DNA from: a virus
Virus record (IMG/VR): IMGVR_UViG_3300022213_000004
Reading direction: 5' to 3' (one strand)
Length of the DNA: 64,000 nucleotides
Shown here piece after piece: positions 58,428 through 64,000 of the stretch. The position numbers were made by a program, and so were the translations under genes. Position 1 is the first letter of the stretch, and each line of letters starts with the position of its first letter. Below the pieces are notes generated by a model. The model saw only the letters and a program-made list of their open reading frames with translations, did no database searches and was not told the DNA's origin.

Positions 58428-59705
58428 ATGTCTTTAAGGTTTTATACTAATGTTCAGTTGATTGGAAATCAATTTTTGGTTCGTGGAGTAGATAATGGAA
58501 AAAGATTTGAAACTAGAGATGAGTTCTTCCCAACTCTCTTTGTAAAAACTAAAAAAGATTCTAAGTATGGAACATTAAGTGGAGAAGCAGTAGAACCAAT
58601 TAATCCTGGAACAGTAAAAGATTGTCGAGAGTTCTACAAAAAGTATGATGAAATTGATGGATTTGAGATCTATGGAAATGATCGATATATCTATCAATAT
58701 ATTTCAGAAAAATATCCAGAGGATGAAATCAAGTTTGACATTAGTAAAATTAAACTTGTAACTTTGGATATTGAGGTTGCTTCTGAAGCAGGATTCCCTG
58801 ATGTAGAATCTTGTTCTGAAGAAATTCTTGCAATCACCATCCAAGACTATACAACTAAGAAAATTGTTACTTGGGGAGTAAAACCTTTTAATCATAATCG
58901 TAAGGACTTGACTTATCACCATTGTCCTTCTGAATATGAACTTCTTAATCATTTCATCAACTATTGGATGTTCAATGTTCCAGATGTAATTACTGGATGG
59001 AACATTCAGATGTATGATGTTCCTTATATTTGCAAACGTCTGAATCGTGTGCTTGGTGAAAAATTGATGAAACGTTTTTCCAACTGGGGATTAGTTACGG
59101 AGGGAGAAGTATTCATTAATGGTCGTAAGCACACTGTGTTTGATGTTGGTGGATTGACTCAACTTGATTATCTTGACCTTTATAAGAAGTTTACTTATAA
59201 GGCACAAGAATCTTATCGTCTTGATTACATTGCTGAAGTGGAACTTGGGCAGAAAAAACTTGACCACTCCGAGTTTGACACCTTCAAGGATTTTTATACT
59301 CAAGGATGGCAGAAGTTTATTGAGTATAACATTGTTGACGTGGAACTTGTTGACCGATTGGAAGACAAGATGAAACTCATTGAGTTAGCACTCACCATGG
59401 CTTATGATGCTAAGGTAAATTATGCTGACGTTTTCTATCAAGTGAGGATGTGGGATAATATTATCTACAATTATCTTAAGAAACGTAACATCGTTATCCC
59501 CCCGAGGAATAAATCCCAGAAGAACGAAAAATATGCGGGGGCATATGTCAAGGAACCAATTCCGGGAAAGTATGACTACGTGGTAAGTTTTGACTTGAAT
59601 TCACTTTATCCGCACTTGATTATGCAATATTCAATTTCGCCCGAAACTCTTGTGAGTATGGATGATATTAATAATCGTATTGCGGAATTAGAAAAAATGT
59701 TGTAG
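58428..59705 (+). CDS. gp43: DNA polymerase gp43, N-terminal subunit (gp43A: 3'-5' exonuclease through motif A)
   Basis: ExoI LDIEV, ExoII TGWNIQMYD, ExoIII YNIVDV, YAGAYV, motif A SFDLNSLYPHLIMQYSISPET, then a short tail and TAG. Confidence 0.93.
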   Translation: MSLRFYTNVQLIGNQFLVRGVDNGKRFETRDEFFPTLFVKTKKDSKYGTLSGEAVEPINPGTVKDCREFYKKYDEIDGFEIYGNDRYIYQYISEKYPEDEIKFDISKIKLVTLDIEVASEAGFPDVESCSEEILAITIQDYTTKKIVTWGVKPFNHNRKDLTYHHCPSEYELLNHFINYWMFNVPDVITGWNIQMYDVPYICKRLNRVLGEKLMKRFSNWGLVTEGEVFINGRKHTVFDVGGLTQLDYLDLYKKFTYKAQESYRLDYIAEVELGQKKLDHSEFDTFKDFYTQGWQKFIEYNIVDVELVDRLEDKMKLIELALTMAYDAKVNYADVFYQVRMWDNIIYNYLKKRNIVIPPRNKSQKNEKYAGAYVKEPIPGKYDYVVSFDLNSLYPHLIMQYSISPETLVSMDDINNRIAELEKML

Positions 59706-59747
59706 AATATCCACACATTATAAATAATAAAGTGTGGATAAAACTAA

Positions 59748-60308
59748 ATGCAACCAAAATTCAATATAACAAAAGAACAGTTAAAACAACTTTATATTGT
59801 TGATAACAAAAGTAGAAAAGAGTGTGCTGAATTTTTTGGTTGTTCTGACCCACTTATTAAGCAAAAAATACAAAAATATGGGTTGCAAAAACCTAAACAT
59901 TTGGAGAACAAAAATAAAGAAAGAAAAGAAACTCTTTTTTGTGAAAATTGTGGTTCTCCATTCACTGTAAGTAGATTTAGAGCAACAAGTGAAAAATGGA
60001 AACTTCGGTTTTGTTCTCATTCTTGTTCTTCTAAATTTAGATATTTGGGTGAAGAGCATAAAAGAGCGGTTTTGAATTCTATTTCTGCTCGCAGAAGATG
60101 TAGAATGAGAGATGCTTTTGATGAAACTTCAAACCAACAAAAAATAAATGAAATATATTGCGAAGCAAAAAGATTAACTGAAGAAACTGGTATTCCTCAC
60201 GAAGTAGACCATATTATTCCAATTTCAAAAGGAGGAAAACATCACGAAGATAATTTACAAATTATCACGATGAGTGAAAATCGTAAAAAACATAGTAAAA
60301 TTATCTAA
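59748..60308 (+). CDS. HNH homing endonuclease (HTH + Zn finger + HNH) within the split gp43 locus
   Basis: LKQLYIVDNKSRKECAEFFGCS; CENC...FCSHSC; HEVDHIIPISKGGKHHEDNLQIIT..EN. Confidence 0.88.
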   Translation: MQPKFNITKEQLKQLYIVDNKSRKECAEFFGCSDPLIKQKIQKYGLQKPKHLENKNKERKETLFCENCGSPFTVSRFRATSEKWKLRFCSHSCSSKFRYLGEEHKRAVLNSISARRRCRMRDAFDETSNQQKINEIYCEAKRLTEETGIPHEVDHIIPISKGGKHHEDNLQIITMSENRKKHSKII

Positions 60309-60309
60309 A

Positions 60310-60474
60310 ATGACTTACGAAGAAGAATACCAACCAAGAAATAGAGAAAAATCAAAACAAGCAAAATATGGAATGATATGGTGTGCTTATTGTGATAGAG
60401 ATATGGTAGGAGATATTGGTAAATGTTCTTACTGTGGAAGATTTAATAACAGAAAGAAAATTCGCTATGAGTAA
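60310..60474 (+). CDS. Small Zn-ribbon protein (54 aa) within the split gp43 locus
   Basis: MTYEEEYQPRNREK...WCAYCDRDMV...KCSYCG; overlaps the gp43B start. Confidence 0.65.
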   Translation: MTYEEEYQPRNREKSKQAKYGMIWCAYCDRDMVGDIGKCSYCGRFNNRKKIRYE

Positions 60475-61825
60475 TAATATGTGGAAAGATGTTCGTAAAA
60501 TGTCTTCTAAAGAAATTAAAGAAGAGTTGGAGGCACTTAAGAAAGTAAGAGAACTTTCTAATAAAGCAAATGTAGATAAACTCCTAAAACAAGAGTTAGA
60601 TTTAGAACCTTTACAAAAGGTAAATCTTACTATGACTGCTAATGGAGCACTTTATCGCAGAGTAAAAGGTATGCTTCCCGAACTAATGGAAAAAATGTAT
60701 CAAGACCGAGTAATCTTCAAGAAGAAAATGATTGAAGCGAAAAAAGAATATGAGAAAACCAAGAACAAAGAACTTGTAAAAGAAATTGCCCGTTGTAATA
60801 ATATTCAGATGGCAAAGAAGATTTCTCTGAATTCTGCTTATGGTGCTATTGGGAACCAGTATTTCCGTTATTATAAACTTGAGAATGCTGAAGCAATTAC
60901 TCTTTCAGGTCAAGTCGCAATTCGTTGGATTGAAGGTAAGTTAAATCAATATCTCAATAAACTTCTTAAAACTCAGGACGTTGATTATGTTATTGCTTCA
61001 GATACTGATTCCGTTTATCTTAATATGGGTCCTGTGGTTGAAACTGTATTCAAAGGAAGAGAGAAAACTACTCAAAGCATTGTTTCGTTCCTTGATAAGG
61101 TCGCTTCAATGGAACTTGAAAAATATATTGAAAGTTCTTACCAAGAACTGGCTGACTATGTGAATGCGTATGACCAGAAGATGCAGATGAAGCGTGAGAA
61201 CATTGCTGATCGTGGAATATGGACTGCTAAGAAGCGTTATATTCTCAATGTATGGGATAGTGAAGGTGTTCGCTATGAAGAACCTAAACTGAAGATGATG
61301 GGTATTGAAGCAGTTAAGTCTTCAACCCCTGCCCCTTGTCGAAAGATGATTAAAGATGCTCTTAAGTTGATGATGAGTGGAACTGAAGATGAAGTGATTG
61401 AATTTATTGATAAGTGTCGTGAAGAATTTAAAAAACTTCCACCTGAACAAATATCATTTCCACGTTCAGCATCTGATGTTCAAAAATATAAATCTTCTGC
61501 AGACATTTATATCAAAGGCACTCCCATTCATGTTCGTGGGGCATTATTGTTTAATCACTATATTAATATGAATAAACTTACAAATAAGTATTCTCTTATT
61601 CAGAATGGAGAAAAAATCAAGTTTATCTATTTAAAAAAACCAAATATTATTCATGAGAATGTAATTTCTTTCATTCAAGAGTTTCCAAAAGAACTCAACC
61701 TTGACAAATACATAGATTATGAATTACAATTTGAGAAAGCATTTCTAGAACCACTCAAGATTATTCTTGATTCGATTGGGTGGAGTGTAGAAAGGACTAA
61801 TAGTTTAGAATTATTTTTTGTATAA
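60467..61825 (+). CDS. gp43: DNA polymerase gp43, C-terminal subunit (gp43B: fingers, motifs B and C, thumb)
   Basis: Likely start MSNNMWK; TANGALY, motif B KISLNSAYG, motif C SDTDS, AKKRY, C-terminal clamp-binding SLELFF. Confidence 0.92.
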   Translation: MSNNMWKDVRKMSSKEIKEELEALKKVRELSNKANVDKLLKQELDLEPLQKVNLTMTANGALYRRVKGMLPELMEKMYQDRVIFKKKMIEAKKEYEKTKNKELVKEIARCNNIQMAKKISLNSAYGAIGNQYFRYYKLENAEAITLSGQVAIRWIEGKLNQYLNKLLKTQDVDYVIASDTDSVYLNMGPVVETVFKGREKTTQSIVSFLDKVASMELEKYIESSYQELADYVNAYDQKMQMKRENIADRGIWTAKKRYILNVWDSEGVRYEEPKLKMMGIEAVKSSTPAPCRKMIKDALKLMMSGTEDEVIEFIDKCREEFKKLPPEQISFPRSASDVQKYKSSADIYIKGTPIHVRGALLFNHYINMNKLTNKYSLIQNGEKIKFIYLKKPNIIHENVISFIQEFPKELNLDKYIDYELQFEKAFLEPLKIILDSIGWSVERTNSLELFFV

Positions 61826-61833
61826 GAAGTATT

Positions 61834-62835
61834 ATGGATTTTCTTGCTGATATTGTAAAAGAAATCGGTGGCGAGTATACGCAACTTGCAACAGATATTG
61901 ATGAGACTGAGACTTATGTTGACACAGGTTCGTATATTTTTAATGCACTGGTTTCAGGTAGCATATTTGGTGGTGTATCTGGGAATAAGATTACTGCTAT
62001 TGCTGGAGAGTCTAGTACTGGAAAAACTTTTTTCAGCCTCGCCGTTGTTAAGAATTTTCTTGATACCAATCCCGATGGTTATTGTCTCTACTTTGATACT
62101 GAAGCTGCTATAACTAAATCTCTTCTAGAGAGTCGTGGTGTAGATACTCAACGCCTTGTAGTTGTGAATGTTGTAACTGTTGAAGAGTTTCGTAGTAAGG
62201 CACTTAAGGCAGTTGATATTTACCTGAAGAAAAAAGAGGATGAAAGAAAACCTTGTATGTTTGTTCTTGATTCTCTTGGAATGCTTTCAACCAATAAAGA
62301 AATTGGAGATGCTCTTGCCGAAAAAGACTCAAGAGATATGACAAAGGCACAACTGATTAAAGGTGCTTTTCGTATGTTGACTCTCAAGTTGGGGCAGGCA
62401 AGCATTCCAATGATCGTGACAAATCACACTTATGAAAGTATGAGTTTATATGGTGGCAAACAAATGAGCGGTGGATCAGGAATTCAATATGCTGCCTCTA
62501 CAATCATTTATCTTTCCAAATCAAAAGAGAAAGAAGGAACAGAGGTTATTGGAAACATTATTCGCGCCAAAACACAAAAATCACGTTTGAGTAAAGAAAA
62601 TCAAGAAGTTCAAATTCGTTTATATTATGATGAACGCGGTCTGGATCGATATTACGGACTACTTGAACTCGGTGAGATTGGAGGTCTGTGGAAAAATGTC
62701 GCAGGTCGTTATGAGATTGATGATAAGAAACTTTATGCCAAGCAAATTCTTAAAGAACCCGAAGTGTATTTTACTGAAGAAGTGATGCAAAAGTTGGACG
62801 AAATCGCACGTAACGAATTTAGTTACGGGTCATAA
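61834..62835 (+). CDS. uvsX: RecA-like recombinase UvsX
   Basis: DTGSYIFNALVSGS, AGESSTGKT, YFDTE, VLDSLGML, VTNHTY. Confidence 0.95.
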   Translation: MDFLADIVKEIGGEYTQLATDIDETETYVDTGSYIFNALVSGSIFGGVSGNKITAIAGESSTGKTFFSLAVVKNFLDTNPDGYCLYFDTEAAITKSLLESRGVDTQRLVVVNVVTVEEFRSKALKAVDIYLKKKEDERKPCMFVLDSLGMLSTNKEIGDALAEKDSRDMTKAQLIKGAFRMLTLKLGQASIPMIVTNHTYESMSLYGGKQMSGGSGIQYAASTIIYLSKSKEKEGTEVIGNIIRAKTQKSRLSKENQEVQIRLYYDERGLDRYYGLLELGEIGGLWKNVAGRYEIDDKKLYAKQILKEPEVYFTEEVMQKLDEIARNEFSYGS

Positions 62836-62849
62836 TCAATTTCTATCTG

Positions 62850-63392
62850 ATGATAAAGATTCTAAAAACAGGCATTAATGTATTTAAAGTTGTAAATCAA
62901 CTTAAAAAATATCCACAGGATTGGGATCATCAGAAACATCTGAAGAATTCTCAGTCCTTAGTTGATAGAGGATTTGCTGACTTGCCAGTGAGTGCTCTTC
63001 AACTTATAATGGGTGGGGTTAAAAGTAAAAAAGACTTTGTTGGAGATTCTGAAATCAACATCAAAACTCCAGCATACGAACATCACAGTGAAATCAGAAA
63101 GATTATACGCAAGCACTTTGGGAATAGAGAACTACATCGTTGTGGATTTCTTTCTCTTCCTGTTGATGAAATCGTTGGTGCTCACATTGATGAAGGTACT
63201 TATTACTTAACAAGAGACAGATATCATCTTTCCATTGTTGGAAGATATCAATATTTCTGTGGAACTGATAGCGTGATTATAGAACCTGGAACTCTTTTGT
63301 GGTTTAATAATAAGATACCTCATGGAGCCGTAAATATCGGTGATGAAACAAGAATAACCTTTGTATTTGATATGCCACATGGACCAAGTTGA
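62850..63392 (+). CDS. 2OG-Fe(II) oxygenase (aspartyl/asparaginyl beta-hydroxylase-like)
   Basis: HxD motif AHIDEG, RYHLSI, WFNNKIPHGAVN...RITFVFD. Confidence 0.85.
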   Translation: MIKILKTGINVFKVVNQLKKYPQDWDHQKHLKNSQSLVDRGFADLPVSALQLIMGGVKSKKDFVGDSEINIKTPAYEHHSEIRKIIRKHFGNRELHRCGFLSLPVDEIVGAHIDEGTYYLTRDRYHLSIVGRYQYFCGTDSVIIEPGTLLWFNNKIPHGAVNIGDETRITFVFDMPHGPS

Positions 63393-64000
63393 ATTTCTTA
63401 TTCTCCGTAATCTTTTACATAATGAGCAATATATTAGAAAAGTAATACCTTTCATCAAATCTGAATATTTTGAAGATCAAAATCAAAAGATTGTATTTGA
63501 AGAAATACTTTCTTTTGTTCAAGAATATAATCAACCAGCAACAAAAGAAGTTCTCTGCATTGAGGTTGAGAAAAGAGCAGATATTAATGAGCAATCTTTC
63601 AAAGAAATCATTCAAATAATTTCTTGCCTAGAAGATGTTCCAGCAGAATTTAATTGGTTAGTTGATACTACTGAAAAATGGTGTCGTGATCGTGCCATTT
63701 ACTTGGCACTTATGGAATCTATTCATATTGCTGATGGAAAGGACGAAAAAAAGAATCGTGATAGCATTCCTTCTATTCTCTCTGATGCTCTTGCTGTAAG
63801 TTTTGATAATCATATCGGACACGATTACTTACAGGATTATGAACAAAGATATGAGTCTTATCATAAAAAGGAGGATAAAATTGAATTTGATCTTGAGTAC
63901 TTTAACAAAATCACGAAAGGTGGTCTTCCTAACAAGACTCTCAATATTGCTCTCGCTGGTTGTGTTCATCCAGAAACCAAAGTTAAAATTAGGTTTAGGA
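63379..64000 (+). CDS. gp41: Replicative helicase gp41, 3'-truncated by window edge, interrupted by an intein; not in ORF track
   Basis: Manual translation MDQVEFLILRNLLHNEQYIRKVIPF...TTEKWCRDRAIYLAL...ALAVSFDNHIGHDY...KITKGGLPNKTLNIALAG. Confidence 0.93.
   Translation, partial: MDQVEFLILRNLLHNEQYIRKVIPFIKSEYFEDQNQKIVFEEILSFVQEYNQPATKEVLCIEVEKRADINEQSFKEIIQIISCLEDVPAEFNWLVDTTEKWCRDRAIYLALMESIHIADGKDEKKNRDSIPSILSDALAVSFDNHIGHDYLQDYEQRYESYHKKEDKIEFDLEYFNKITKGGLPNKTLNIALAGCVHPETKVKIRFR
63961..64000 (+). mobile_element. Intein N-terminus (block A) inserted in the gp41 Walker A motif
   Basis: After LNIALAG the expected TGVGKS is replaced by CVHPETKVKIRFR, a typical intein start C-[VL]-x-x-[DE]-T-x-V. 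Confidence 0.8.

Noticed and set aside
60416-60466. gp43B start at TTG 60416
   Set aside because: Overlaps the Zn-ribbon ORF extensively; ATG 60467 coupled to that ORF's stop is more plausible.
59650-60560. Group I intron or split intein in gp43
   Set aside because: Spacers are too short and AT-rich for a ribozyme core; no Cys/Ser intein start after motif A and no His-Asn before the resumed polymerase sequence.
1-64000. tRNA, rRNA, CRISPR arrays, photosynthesis genes
   Set aside because: None recognised; intergenic spaces are short and lack cloverleaf or repeat-spacer patterns.

Overview
This window is the core of a T4-like myovirus genome, most likely a cyanophage (Kyanoviridae-like). That assignment is inferred from gene order plus cobS/cobT-like genes, hsp20, a giant gp7 and a VrlC-like gene; no photosynthesis genes are in the window. 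Bases 1-38.5 kb hold the virion module: gp7 (5'-truncated), gp8, VrlC-like, gp13-gp23 and gp3. Bases 38.5-64 kb hold the replication module: uvsY, uvsW, gp55, gp47, gp46, cobT/cobS-like, gp45, denV-like, gp44, dam, gp62, regA, hsp20, gp43, uvsX, a 2OG-Fe(II) hydroxylase and gp41 (3'-truncated). About nine free-standing homing endonuclease genes (HEGs) lie from 37.5 kb onward. Highlights: (1) DNA polymerase gp43 is split into two ORFs by an HNH cassette, with no intein or intron but with new amphipathic helices at the break. (2) A late promoter/small RNA/terminator cassette has a loop antisense to the start of the adjacent HEG, and two more such small-RNA cassettes flank hsp20. (3) Hairpins coupled to late promoters recur at HEG start regions. 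(4) An intein begins in the gp41 Walker A motif. (5) A denV-like gene probably starts at ATC. (6) A bidirectional sigma70 promoter lies upstream of gp55. (7) Several small proteins carry capsid-targeting-like MK(T/S)FxxF N-termini, next to a modular polyprotein. (8) One structural gene is frameshifted. Family assignments come from recognised motifs and synteny, not database searches.
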